Part shown: positions 47,741-57,175 of the stretch, piece after piece | Position numbering within the stretch: position 1 is the first letter of the stretch | How the letters are laid out: each line of letters opens with the position of its first letter | DNA from: an uncultured Eggerthellaceae bacterium | GTDB taxonomy: Bacteria > Actinomycetota > Coriobacteriia > Coriobacteriales > Eggerthellaceae | Length of the DNA: 64,000 nucleotides | NCBI GenBank assembly: GCA_910588945.1 | Contig: CAJUSF010000066.1 | Span: 5,785-69,784 of the forward strand | Reading direction: 5' to 3' | Notes under the pieces: model-generated | What the model was told of the DNA's origin: nothing | The model's database searches: none | What the model saw: the letters and a program-made list of their open reading frames with translations, nothing else | Position numbers and translations under genes: made by a program

Positions 47741-47926
47741 CTAGAAATAGCCCTCGGCAATAGAGTCTTTCACATCGTCTTCCTCGATATAGTCAGGGCA
47801 GCTCTCATTGATCACTCCACCGGACTCCATCACAATATCGTCATGCGTTCCCGTGCCGTTGCACTTAAGAGAGGCGCTGTTTTGATCAGAGTTATCGGAA
47901 AGCGTTGTTGAATTCTTATCCATCAT
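47741..47926 (-). CDS. small acidic hypothetical protein (61 aa, two Cys)
   Basis: AAAGGTGA RBS before the ATG at 47926. No family recognised. Confidence 0.4.
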   Translation of the reverse strand: MMDKNSTTLSDNSDQNSASLKCNGTGTHDDIVMESGGVINESCPDYIEEDDVKDSIAEGYF

Positions 47927-48135
47927 CTATCACCTTTCTTTTCTATCCCGCATATTTTATTGAACGCCTAGAGCGTCTATATGGATGCGATTCTAACTAT
48001 AAAAAAGACCCGCGACCGCAGCATCACTGAACCGTTTCACAACCGATACGAGATTGGATATCGCAGTCTGCATCCTCCGCAAACATAAATCTCTCTTTGC
48101 GAATGCCAAATGAATTAGCTTACGAGAGGCATTTT

Positions 48136-48750
48136 TTAAGAAAACAGCTTATATATGACCAATCCAACCACAGCTCCAGCTATGGCGGCAAACAAAAATT
48201 TCACAACGCGCGTAAGCAACGGGTGTGTTCGCTCGAAACCCCGACCTACACGTTCAACATCCGATCCGTTCCCATTCATGAACGCAACGATCTCGCGGTA
48301 TGTTAACAAATCGTAGTTATATTTGATACGCTCGATCTTGAAAGCAAGCCACATGCTCAGTGAATAGAGCGGGATGAACACAACAAGCCCGGCAACGATC
48401 CCCTTCGTCAGTCCAGTAAAAGGCAACGCATCGGGCCAAGTGGTAACAAGCATCACAAAAAACGCGACCGACAGAACCAAAAGCACGGCCGAGGCAAGGC
48501 TGAGCTGTTTCATCCTCTTCGAATCCTCTTCCATAGCGCGACGCATGCGTGCCACATCACCCTGCACGAGTTCATCGATCGTAATGCCAAAAAGCTGACT
48601 TAGAAGTTCAAGGCTTTGAACATCAGGGTATGTCTTGTCGTTCTCCCAGTTCGAAACAGTCTGGCGTGACACAAAAATGACCTCCGCCAAGTCGTCTTGG
48701 GAAAGGCCATGTTCGAGTCGTTGTGATCTGATCTGGCTTGAAAGCTCCAT
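48136..48750 (-). CDS. XRE-family HTH regulator with C-terminal transmembrane segments
   Basis: HTH LSQDDLAEVIFVSRQTVSNWENDKTYPD, followed by three hydrophobic helices. Confidence 0.8.
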   Translation of the reverse strand: MELSSQIRSQRLEHGLSQDDLAEVIFVSRQTVSNWENDKTYPDVQSLELLSQLFGITIDELVQGDVARMRRAMEEDSKRMKQLSLASAVLLVLSVAFFVMLVTTWPDALPFTGLTKGIVAGLVVFIPLYSLSMWLAFKIERIKYNYDLLTYREIVAFMNGNGSDVERVGRGFERTHPLLTRVVKFLFAAIAGAVVGLVIYKLFS

Positions 48751-48775
48751 CAGCTCGATCTCCGTTAGTTAAATA

Positions 48776-48943
48776 TCAAGCATCCTTTTTGCTCGACGTT
48801 GCACCTGTCGCATCGATGCGTCGCTCGATAGATGTAAGACGCTTGTCAATCTTACCCGAAATGAACATTATCGCAACTGCTAGGAGCACGACTGCCACTG
48901 CGAGCAAAAGTATAAGGATCAACATTGCGTGTTCGGATATCAT
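48776..48943 (-). CDS. small single-pass membrane protein (55 aa)
   Basis: ORF 48776..49066. The ATG at 48943 follows GGAAAGGAAA. MISEHAMLILILLLAVAVVLLAVAIMFISGK then a basic tail. Confidence 0.4.
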   Translation of the reverse strand: MISEHAMLILILLLAVAVVLLAVAIMFISGKIDKRLTSIERRIDATGATSSKKDA

Positions 48944-49189
48944 AGTTTTCCTTTCCGATCGATCGAGTCGTTTTTCCAATGCTTCCAAGCAAAAGCTTGC
49001 GAGCAATGCCCATTCAAGCAATACTCGACTTAAAACTATCAGGCAATCGACTCGCACCTTTTCCAACTCGCTTCGAAATGAAGCGATCAGATATTAGCAT
49101 TGCGAAGAAAAATCAGGACTTCAAGAGGATGAAAAAGCGCTGACAAAAGTCTTTTACATAGCATCTGAACTGGGAATTTTCTCAATGCA

Positions 49190-50083
49190 TCAGCGATCAA
49201 TCAAAAAATCGAGAGCAAGGGTGAACACACCATCAGATGCGGAAGCCGATACCCCCACTCCCATCTCGTCGCAAAGTTCTTTCACAACGGCAAGCCCCAA
49301 GCCTGCCCCCGTCGCACTTCTCGACGCATCACCTCGGTAGAATCGGCGGAATACCAAATCGCAATTCACATTGCCACTCGCATCCATCGCGTTTGAAAAC
49401 AAGATCACACCCCCCTTGCGCCTTACACACACATCACCCTGCCCATGGACGAGAATGTTGCCCAGCGCATTGTCGAACACACGTCGAAGCGAAGCGGGAT
49501 CGGCTGTCAAGAAAAGATCGCCATCACCCAGATCCACGGCAGGCTCAATGTTAGCCTTCGCGAAAGACGGGTAATGCCCAAGCATCACCGAGGACAAAAG
49601 CGCCACAACATCGATCCGCTCGAGAGCATCCTTATCAGGCGCGGATGTAGCAGACAGCACCTTTGTGTAATCGAAGAGCTGATCGAGCATGCCGCGCATG
49701 GCATCGAGCCGCCCTTCGGCTAGGTGAAGCAACCTCTCGCGCTCGACAGCATCCTCCTCAACGCATGCAAGCTGCACATAACCTTTTGCGCCCGCAAGCG
49801 GCGTGCGAATATCGTGAGAAAGGTTCGCAAGCCCCTCGAGCAGGTCGGTCTCATCCTGCATCATCTCAAGCTCACGATCCGCGACTTTATCGATGTTGTC
49901 GTTCACCGCGTCGATGAGAGGCATCACGCCCGGCAGGGGCGCACCCTTTTCAAGTCGAAGATTGCTTGTCTGAGGGCGGCTGCCCATGAATCCGGATATC
50001 CGCAAAAGCTCACTGCGGTACAGGATGACGATCGCCACAAGCATGATGACGATGCAACACAAAACGACAAGCAATCCGATCAT
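49190..50083 (-). CDS. sensor histidine kinase (single N-terminal TM, HisKA plus HATPase_c)
   Basis: ORF 49190..50089 (TTG). The ATG at 50083 lies 7 nt after AAGGAGG. H-box LSHDIRTPLAGAKGY, N-box DNALGNILVHG, G-box GAGLGLAVVKE. Confidence 0.85.
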   Translation of the reverse strand: MIGLLVVLCCIVIMLVAIVILYRSELLRISGFMGSRPQTSNLRLEKGAPLPGVMPLIDAVNDNIDKVADRELEMMQDETDLLEGLANLSHDIRTPLAGAKGYVQLACVEEDAVERERLLHLAEGRLDAMRGMLDQLFDYTKVLSATSAPDKDALERIDVVALLSSVMLGHYPSFAKANIEPAVDLGDGDLFLTADPASLRRVFDNALGNILVHGQGDVCVRRKGGVILFSNAMDASGNVNCDLVFRRFYRGDASRSATGAGLGLAVVKELCDEMGVGVSASASDGVFTLALDFLIDR

Positions 50084-50205
50084 CGACAAGCCTCCTTATG
50101 GGCCGCCAGCACGACAAGCAACCAAACCATCAGCAGACAACCGCACCGTCAACGGACAACCACATCACCGACAGGCATCCGCATCATCAACAGGCATCCG
50201 CGCCA

Positions 50206-51129
50206 TCAGCGCAGATCTTTTTTGCGACAGAACACCAAGGCCACAACTGCACCAACAGCGATATAGATGCAGGCCACAAGCGCCGCATGCCCGGCAAGCG
50301 ACATCATCGAGGCCACGCCCTCGGTACCTGCATCCATGAGCGCCGGCGCACCCGCTCGCAAATCGGAAAACGTACTCACAAGCATCCATTGCGGAACGTA
50401 GGCGAACACAGGCAGCATGGTTCCCAGATAATACATCAGCTGCTTGGCGAACGCTCCAACAACGCCGGAGGAAACCACAACGACCACAACCGTTGAGAGC
50501 GCCTCGCTTCTGATTGCCCACGTGACACACGCGACGATAAAAGCGTAGGCCGTACATACAAGCCATACCAAAAGCAACCAAAGCACGATGCCTGAAGCGC
50601 TATCTTGAATCTCATAGGAAAACCCGAAGATACCAAAGAACAGCGTGGAGAATACGGCGCAGATCACAAGGAATATGAGCTGGATGAAGGCAACGAAAAT
50701 CAGCTTTTCGGCATAGTATCTGATACGCCCGCGTCTGTCGAAGGGAAGATTCTTGATGAATCCGCCTTTGAAATCCATTATCAGGAAGATGCCTGCGAAA
50801 AGGGAGCCTATCAGGGCGAGGAATCCGCCATCCATGAAGGTGGACGCCCACGTATCGGTGAGGCTTTCCATCACTTTATCGTTGAGCGGCTCGATCTCCT
50901 GCAGCGCCTCATCGACATCGGCTTGCATCTCCGCACGATCGGCTTCACTTACGCCTTGAAGGCTCTCCTCGCTGATGGAGTCGTTTACCATATGGGCGAA
51001 CTCCGGCGATGCCACCCAATTCAAGCAGCCAGCTACCGTCAGCATCAAAGCAACACTCACCGCGACACATACCCAAAACGAACGCATGCGCACCATGCGG
51101 AACAAATCCGTGCGGAAAAGATTACACAT
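50206..51129 (-). CDS. ABC-2 type transporter permease
   Basis: ORF 50206..51255. The ATG at 51129 (MCNLFRTDLFRMVR) overlaps the ATPase stop by 8 nt. It has an N-terminal TM, a large loop and five C-terminal TM segments. Confidence 0.7.
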   Translation of the reverse strand: MCNLFRTDLFRMVRMRSFWVCVAVSVALMLTVAGCLNWVASPEFAHMVNDSISEESLQGVSEADRAEMQADVDEALQEIEPLNDKVMESLTDTWASTFMDGGFLALIGSLFAGIFLIMDFKGGFIKNLPFDRRGRIRYYAEKLIFVAFIQLIFLVICAVFSTLFFGIFGFSYEIQDSASGIVLWLLLVWLVCTAYAFIVACVTWAIRSEALSTVVVVVVSSGVVGAFAKQLMYYLGTMLPVFAYVPQWMLVSTFSDLRAGAPALMDAGTEGVASMMSLAGHAALVACIYIAVGAVVALVFCRKKDLR

Positions 51130-52051
51130 TCGAGGTGCCCCCTTCCATAAGCTCGACAAAGTACTCCTCAATATCGCGCTTGACAACGGAAAGCTCGAGC
51201 ACGACAAAGTCCTTCTCGTGAAGGATTCTCGCAAGCTTCTCGCCGTCGGATTCACCCTTGGCGCGAATGATATTCCCGGGCTCCATCACAAAGACGAGAT
51301 CGGGAAGCTTCTCCTGCAAAAACACCAGCGCGCGCTCGGGGCTATCAACCTTAATGCGCAGGCTGTCGCCGCACTCTTCGTCCACCTGCGCCGCGCTGAG
51401 CTCGCGCACCATGTGCCCGCTTGCGATGATGCCGTAGCTTGTCGCTATCCTGTCGAGCTGGTCGAGCACGTGCGAGCTGATCACAACCGTCACACCTTTG
51501 GTTCGGTTCATCGTCTCAATGAGGCTTCGCAGATCGCGTGTGGCCTCCGGATCAAGACCGTTGAACGGCTCATCCAAAAGCAAAAGATCTGGAGACGATA
51601 AAAGCGCCAACCCTACACCGAGGCGCTGCTTCATTCCGAGCGAGAATTTTTTGACACGCGTTTTGGCCGCCACATCAAGCCCAACCGTGCGAAGAATGTC
51701 GACGCATCTTCCCTTGGCATCCGAGATCCCAAGCGCGAGTGCCTTGCACATCAGGTTGTCAAGCGCGCTCATATTCGGATAGATTCCGGGATCTTCGATG
51801 AGTGACCCCACACGCCTTGTGGCTTGAATCTTCGTGCCCGTCTCATGCGCGATCGAATCGCCATAGAGCAGAACCTCTCCAGATGTGGGCGTAACCATCG
51901 AATCGATCATCTTCATGACGGTAGATTTACCCGCGCCGTTCTTCCCAACGAAGCCGTAGATCTCGCCTGCCGCCACGTGCATATTGAAATCATTGACGAC
52001 AAGGCGGCCGCCATACGATTTGCAAAGCGCCCGCGTTTCAACTGCAAACAC
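51122..52051 (-). CDS. ABC transporter ATP-binding protein
   Basis: Walker A GKNGAGKST, signature FSLGMKQRL, Walker B LLLLDEPFNGLD. Confidence 0.9.
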   Translation of the reverse strand: MFAVETRALCKSYGGRLVVNDFNMHVAAGEIYGFVGKNGAGKSTVMKMIDSMVTPTSGEVLLYGDSIAHETGTKIQATRRVGSLIEDPGIYPNMSALDNLMCKALALGISDAKGRCVDILRTVGLDVAAKTRVKKFSLGMKQRLGVGLALLSSPDLLLLDEPFNGLDPEATRDLRSLIETMNRTKGVTVVISSHVLDQLDRIATSYGIIASGHMVRELSAAQVDEECGDSLRIKVDSPERALVFLQEKLPDLVFVMEPGNIIRAKGESDGEKLARILHEKDFVVLELSVVKRDIEEYFVELMEGGTSNV

Positions 52052-52124
52052 GCTGTCCCCTTTCCTTCCTCTTTCAATATATGACTTTAAGTATGGAAAT
52101 GAGTCTTCAAGAAAGATTCGGGGA

Positions 52125-52145
52125 AGTTTAAAGAAAGTTTAAAGA
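52125..52145. promoter_or_regulatory. candidate response-regulator site: AGTTTAAAGA direct repeat at 11-nt phase
   Basis: AGTTTAAAGA at 52125-52134 and again at 52136-52145. The repeat lies 75-95 nt upstream of the ABC ATPase start. Confidence 0.3.
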
Positions 52146-52260
52146 TTTCGCTATGAGCGTGAATGAGTGCGGATTTAACGCGAACGCGCACGGACTCTGG
52201 ATAAGAGCGTACAGGTTCGGCACCCCGTAAGTATGCTCGCAGATTTGCAACTCCCCAGCG

Positions 52261-53388
52261 CTATACCATCGCCCTTACCGCCACGATGAATACGACCACC
52301 ACCAGCGCAAATCCGATAAGAATCACCCATGATGCTGGACGTGCCCAGTTGAAAGTCCATCCGATTCCGAAGCGCTCGGGCAAAAAGACGCTCGCATCTT
52401 CAGGATTGAAGTAGATGATTCCCGCCTTCCAATGCTCATCGCTGTCCTCAGGCATCGTTTTTGAATCCTGCATGCGCTTAAATACGCGTGATCCCACCTG
52501 TCCGTATACCACCGAAAGAGCCATCGCGCTTATCATCATCGAAATGACAACAACGAACACAACGATGCATACAACGCTAAGCGAAACCAGCCGAAGTGCG
52601 GAGAGTAAAAACAGAGCGCCAATACAAATTGAAAGCAGGGAACCGAATACGAGAGAAAAGATACTCCACGCGCGGGCATAAAGACCATATGCCAGAGCCG
52701 ACGTTGCCGGAGCGCCCGGATCCGACCATGTGCGCGAGCGCAGAATGACTGCGTGGCTACCCGCAAAACAGGCTCCAAGAAAACCTTCGATGATGACAGG
52801 AAACACTACCACCGCTGGGCTTTTCTGCATCCAATTCGTGACCACGCCATCGAGATTGATGTTCATAGGGATCTCGTTTGGAATGGCCGGGTAAACGATT
52901 GCGCCGATGATCGCGGTTGTCGCCATTATCACCAGATAGATCAGATTCCACTTGAAGCTAATCTTGCTTGGCGGCTCCTCGCCGATTATAGCGGATGCTC
53001 TTTGCGCATCGGCGCACCAACCTTGTTGCTCTTTGTATGCGCGAACCTTCTTGCGAAACACGAGCATTAAAGCGTAATAGGCCACAATCAGAATCACATC
53101 GCCTGCGACGAGAAAATAATCGAGCGTATCCCATTGCTTGGAGGCATCGATATAGAAAACGATGCTGACTGCGATGAACAAGACTGTCGTAAGCGCGCAC
53201 ATTATTGTGGCGAAACGCCGCTTCAGCTTGCGAAGATATGGATCGTTTGCAGAAGCGGCTGGCACGGTCACGCTAAAGCATTCCTGGCGACGCATCAGAT
53301 ACGGCATGAACGCGAGCAGGATTCCAAGTGCGAGAAGCAACCCGATCAGGAAAACATAGACGGTAATGAGAAGTGTCGGGTCTGCCAT
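52261..53388 (-). CDS. DUF1648/DUF5808-type membrane protein
   Basis: 375 aa. The N-terminal TM followed by ECFSVTVP is typical of DUF1648. The C-terminal IIYFNPEDASVFLPERFGIGWTFNWARP is DUF5808-like. This is from memory of these Pfam families. Confidence 0.65.
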   Translation of the reverse strand: MADPTLLITVYVFLIGLLLALGILLAFMPYLMRRQECFSVTVPAASANDPYLRKLKRRFATIMCALTTVLFIAVSIVFYIDASKQWDTLDYFLVAGDVILIVAYYALMLVFRKKVRAYKEQQGWCADAQRASAIIGEEPPSKISFKWNLIYLVIMATTAIIGAIVYPAIPNEIPMNINLDGVVTNWMQKSPAVVVFPVIIEGFLGACFAGSHAVILRSRTWSDPGAPATSALAYGLYARAWSIFSLVFGSLLSICIGALFLLSALRLVSLSVVCIVVFVVVISMMISAMALSVVYGQVGSRVFKRMQDSKTMPEDSDEHWKAGIIYFNPEDASVFLPERFGIGWTFNWARPASWVILIGFALVVVVFIVAVRAMV

Positions 53389-53391
53389 CGA

Positions 53392-53982
53392 TTACGCCTC
53401 CGCAGTGTCGGTCAAACCAGTTCGGTCAATCGTACCTGTTCGGCCAAACCGGCCTCGTTGACCACGCTTGCCCTGCTGGCCGTGTTTATTTTGTTGGCCG
53501 TGCTTGTCACCTGCAACACCTAGTATGGAGGCAGAGGCGACCTTCGCTGCCGCCATCAGATCGTTTTGCTCGACAGCTTCTGGACGGTCAAGAATATCGT
53601 ATGCACGCGTGGCCTGCGCAGCAGCGCATTCCAGAAACACGCCGCGCGAACCGCCGTGGGCGCGATGCGCCAGCGCTAACGCGAAAAGTTCGTCTTCCAT
53701 CTTCGACAATGCAGCCTGCGCAGTGTCCCTGCGATCGCCATCGCAGGGGTCGGCAATGTAGGCACCTGAACGACCACGCATAAGAACATAGCCCTCATCG
53801 CGCAGGACGGAATACGCCTTGTTCACCGTATGAAGATTTATTCCCAAATCGCTTGCGAGAGAGCGTACGCTTGGAAGAGCTTGCCCTGGCACAAGCTCTC
53901 CGCGGGCAATTGCCTCGATCACCTGATCTCGAATCTGAAGATACAGCGGCTCATCGGAGCGCTGGTCGATGCTTAGTATCAT
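53392..53982 (-). CDS. GntR family transcriptional regulator with a basic Gly/Gln/Arg-rich C-terminal tail
   Basis: ORF 53392..54093. The ATG at 53982 follows AAGGAG. EPLYLQIRDQVIEAIARGELVPGQALPSVRSLASDLGINLHTVNKAY. Tail GDKHGQQNKHGQQGKRGQRGRFGRTG. Confidence 0.85.
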   Translation of the reverse strand: MILSIDQRSDEPLYLQIRDQVIEAIARGELVPGQALPSVRSLASDLGINLHTVNKAYSVLRDEGYVLMRGRSGAYIADPCDGDRRDTAQAALSKMEDELFALALAHRAHGGSRGVFLECAAAQATRAYDILDRPEAVEQNDLMAAAKVASASILGVAGDKHGQQNKHGQQGKRGQRGRFGRTGTIDRTGLTDTAEA

Positions 53983-54025
53983 GCGAAGCTCCTTGTACGT
54001 TGAAACGTATGTGGATACCCAAAAA

Positions 54026-55633
54026 TCATGCGATCGTCTCCATGGCTGCGACATCACGCCAAAGCATAATGGATGCCACAATCCCCACCGCAATAACTAA
54101 AAGTTCTCCGATCTGACCAAGAAAGATCGTTGCAACCATACCGACAATGACGAAAATCATACTCAAAAGTATAGAGACCATGACCGGAAGTCCGCGTTTG
54201 ACCGGCTCATACGGTGATGTCCATGAAAAATTAGGTCGATGCGCGTCAAGCGCAAGCCCAAGTGTGGCCGACAAGCCTCCCGCCGACAGGCTGCATAGTG
54301 CGATGATCAGTGCTTCTGCAATCCCAAAACCGAAGGCGAACGCAAGCAACGTTGCACAAATAAGGGATGTCGGCACAATGAGAACGAGCGTGAGTACAAG
54401 TTTTGCACCGAGTGTCACACGCGTGGAGGCTGGAGCGGTAAACATCAACCAGCGCGCTTTGCCTTCGAGCGAAACCGAGGCCGATGTGGGCGAGGTCATC
54501 CCCACGATCAGCGCCAAGAGCCACGGTATGAACAGCGCAATGACCGGGGAGAATTCTGCGGGAAGCATTGATGCTGGAGATGATCCCATAACTGTGGCGA
54601 TAGCCGCAAGTGCGCAGATCGCAAGTGCAAGAGCGTATCCCATGCAGCTATTGAGGAAATATATCGGTGTCGAAATGAGCAGCCGCATTTCTTTCGCCAT
54701 AAAAGCGTAAAGCGGACTGCGCTGTTTAACAATCCGAGCTCTTCCACCACGCGATGTCGCCGATGACGGTCGCGATCTGATCGCCATGAGGCGCTGGTTG
54801 ACAGGCACAAAGATACGCGAGAGCACGAAAATAGCTACGATCGCTAGAAACACGGATAGTACAACAAACGCGAAAAATGCGGATGTGTCTCCAGCTGTAA
54901 TACCGGATGCCGCCCATGCGGCTGGCGGATAGATTCCGCCAAGCGCATCGAATATCTGTCCATCGACCATAAGTAAAGCATTATCGCCATCGGGCGCGGA
55001 TGAGAACCCAAACGACGCGATCACGAGGGCAACCAACGCAAGCATAAGAATGCCGCTCATCACAAGGTTCGCATAACGGAACCGCGCGCTCACAAATGCG
55101 ATAGCTGCAGCAAAAAGTGTTGCAAGAATCATTGGGATCATCGGTATCAGAATAACTGCGATAGCAAGAATGATTACTTCGATCTCAAAGGGAAGCCCCG
55201 AGGCACCCGCGAAGCCTTCCATAAAATAGACCGCCATCATAGGAATGATAATGACGGCGCTTATGGCCACATTGATGGCGAATAGCGGAATCAGTCGCGA
55301 CAGCACCACGGTGCGCACCGGAATCGGCATCGATATGATCTGATCGAAGTCCTTCAATGCAAACAGCGTCCCGTTGGCTTTCAGAAAAGTTGGGAAAATG
55401 ACGATGGTGACAGCAAGAGCAAATGCGAGCAGCGGAATATAGTTCGCAAGCTCGAAAGCAACCAGACTTTGAGCGATTGTGACTGTGTATGCAACCACAA
55501 GCGCGACAAGTATGAGTGCTGCCAGTGCGACAGCAACGATGCCAGCCATCGCTTGCTTCCCGCTATGCAGGCGCTTGTTAATGTCGAACAGGCTAAGAAC
55601 CTGGATCTTGAGAAGAAGGCGAAGCTGACTCAT
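54026..55633 (-). CDS. polytopic ABC exporter permease-like membrane protein
   Basis: 535 aa with ~12 TM segments. It has a 4-nt ATGA overlap with the ATPase gene. Confidence 0.7.
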   Translation of the reverse strand: MSQLRLLLKIQVLSLFDINKRLHSGKQAMAGIVAVALAALILVALVVAYTVTIAQSLVAFELANYIPLLAFALAVTIVIFPTFLKANGTLFALKDFDQIISMPIPVRTVVLSRLIPLFAINVAISAVIIIPMMAVYFMEGFAGASGLPFEIEVIILAIAVILIPMIPMILATLFAAAIAFVSARFRYANLVMSGILMLALVALVIASFGFSSAPDGDNALLMVDGQIFDALGGIYPPAAWAASGITAGDTSAFFAFVVLSVFLAIVAIFVLSRIFVPVNQRLMAIRSRPSSATSRGGRARIVKQRSPLYAFMAKEMRLLISTPIYFLNSCMGYALALAICALAAIATVMGSSPASMLPAEFSPVIALFIPWLLALIVGMTSPTSASVSLEGKARWLMFTAPASTRVTLGAKLVLTLVLIVPTSLICATLLAFAFGFGIAEALIIALCSLSAGGLSATLGLALDAHRPNFSWTSPYEPVKRGLPVMVSILLSMIFVIVGMVATIFLGQIGELLVIAVGIVASIMLWRDVAAMETIA

Positions 55634-56400
55634 CGCGCATCGCCTCCGCCTTGCTCCCCGCTTTCACGCTCCTGGGCGACCATATCAAGAAACACCTCTT
55701 CAAGACTCTCGTCACCCACAACCTGCTCTGTTGCACCCATCGCCTGTATGCGCCCGGCTCTGATAATAGCCACCTGATCGCAAAGCTTTTCCACCACCTC
55801 AAGCACGTGACTTGAGAAAAAGACAGCTGACCCACGCGAAGCCAATTCACGAAGCATTTCTTTCATGTGAAACGATGCCTCAGGATCAAGACCGACAAAT
55901 GGCTCGTCAAGCACGAGAAGCAGCGGTTCGTGCAGAAACGCGCCGATGAGAACGAGTTTTTGACGCATGCCATGCGAATATGCCGAGATAAGCTCATCAA
56001 GATCGCCTTCAAGACCGAGACGCTTGGCGTAAGTCGCAATACGCTCTGCACGTGTGGCGGAATCCACGCCAAAGATATCAGCGATATAGTTCAGATATTG
56101 AATGCCGGTAAGAAATTCATAAACATCGGGATTATCGGGAACGTATGCGGTAACGCGCTTGCAGGCGATGGCATCGGTGATGACCGATTGACCCGCTATT
56201 CGGATATCTCCCGAATCGGGCCGCGAAACGCCAACGATGGAGCGGATGAGCGTTGTTTTGCCTGCGCCGTTAGGGCCGACAAAGCCGAAAATGCAACCAG
56301 CAGAAACCTCGAGCGAAACATCATCGAGCGCGCGTTTTTTACCGAACGTTTTGGAGACGTTTTTGATGGCGAGAATCGTGTTTGTTGTGAGCGTGCCCAT
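55630..56400 (-). CDS. ABC transporter ATP-binding protein
   Basis: ORF 55630..56415. The ATG at 56400 follows GGAAAGGA, and starts at 56406 or 56415 are also possible. Walker A GPNGAGKTT, signature YSHGMRQKL, Walker B LLVLDEPFVGLD. Confidence 0.9.
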   Translation of the reverse strand: MGTLTTNTILAIKNVSKTFGKKRALDDVSLEVSAGCIFGFVGPNGAGKTTLIRSIVGVSRPDSGDIRIAGQSVITDAIACKRVTAYVPDNPDVYEFLTGIQYLNYIADIFGVDSATRAERIATYAKRLGLEGDLDELISAYSHGMRQKLVLIGAFLHEPLLLVLDEPFVGLDPEASFHMKEMLRELASRGSAVFFSSHVLEVVEKLCDQVAIIRAGRIQAMGATEQVVGDESLEEVFLDMVAQERESGEQGGGDAR

Positions 56401-56528
56401 AAGCATCCTTTCCATTTTATATGGCGCGCAATCTTTAGCCGATTGGGGCGATCAAGTATGGCTCATCGGCACGACGGAGGAACTGCGATGCCTTTTGCTT
56501 TACCTGTGCATTGCATTGCTGTGTTTAT

Positions 56529-56558
56529 CTGTTATATCTATACTATAACAGATATAAC
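56529..56558. promoter_or_regulatory. candidate GntR operator (10-bp inverted repeat)
   Basis: TGTTATATCT (56529-56538) and AGATATAACA (56549-56558) are separated by 10 nt. The site lies ~130 nt upstream of the ABC-GntR operon. Confidence 0.4.
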
Positions 56559-56714
56559 AACAGCGGGATAGGAAGTGTTAGGCACGGGGTGATTGTATGC
56601 TTGACTGACTGCAATTACCGTGCGTAATGAATTGCATCCCTGCGAGAGCCATCCGTCCTGCTTCTTGTTTACTGCGTTTCGTCGCTTTGAATCATATGAT
56701 GACACAGGTTGAGC

Positions 56715-56743
56715 GTAGGTGCGCATCCGGGTTTGATGCGCAC
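56715..56743 (+). repeat. REP singlet
   Basis: GTAGGTGCGCATC-CGGGTTT-GATGCGCAC. Confidence 0.8.
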
Positions 56744-56782
56744 GTTTGCAGGTTTGGGGATGAATCCAAGCAGACAAGCATC

Positions 56783-57013
56783 GTAGGCGCGCATCCGATT
56801 TTGATGCGCGCAATCGCGGGGCGCGAAGCGTCCCGCAGGCCATTCGCGCAAAGCGCGTAAGGCCGAAACGTACCCGCGCCCGCGGGTACGTACATAATCA
56901 CACGTGCGGATACAAGCCGTATTTGGGTTTATCGGATATGGTTATCAGGTTCGCATACGTTTGTCGAACCCGCAACACAAAAACGTGCGCATGAAGAACG
57001 CATGCGCACCTAC
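56783..57013. repeat. long REP doublet (231 bp) with an inserted segment
   Basis: GTAGGCGCGCATC-CGATTTT-GATGCGCGC at the left end and GTGCGCATG-AAGAACG-CATGCGCACCTAC at the right end. The interior contains the perfect palindrome GTACCCGCG-CC-CGCGGGTAC (~56869-56888). Confidence 0.75.
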
Positions 57014-57045
57014 AAAGACCGTCCGTACCTCTTTTTGTCATCCGA

Positions 57046-57133
57046 GAAATGCTTGCCGAAGTGCTTACAAAGCGAGTTCCGCAGGCGTAAGCCGAGGACT
57101 GTTTGAGCGACTAAATATCTCGGTAATCATTTC
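57046..57133 (+). repeat. family-A ~90-nt structured repeat (full copy)
   Basis: GAAATGCTTGCCGAAGTGCTTACAAAGCGAGTTCCGCAGGCGTAAGCCGAGGACTGTTTGAGCGACTAAATATCTCGGTAATCATTTC. Confidence 0.85.
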
Positions 57134-57150
57134 CATCCAGACCTGCAGAT

Positions 57151-57175
57151 GTGCGCATGAAGAACGCATGCGCAC
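57151..57175 (-). repeat. REP singlet with a degenerate head
   Basis: GTGCGCATG-AAGAACG-CATGCGCAC followed by CTCG instead of CTAC. Confidence 0.7.

Noticed and set aside
55867-56571. 234-aa plus-strand ORF.
   Set aside because: It is antisense to an ABC ATPase with Walker A, Walker B and signature motifs.
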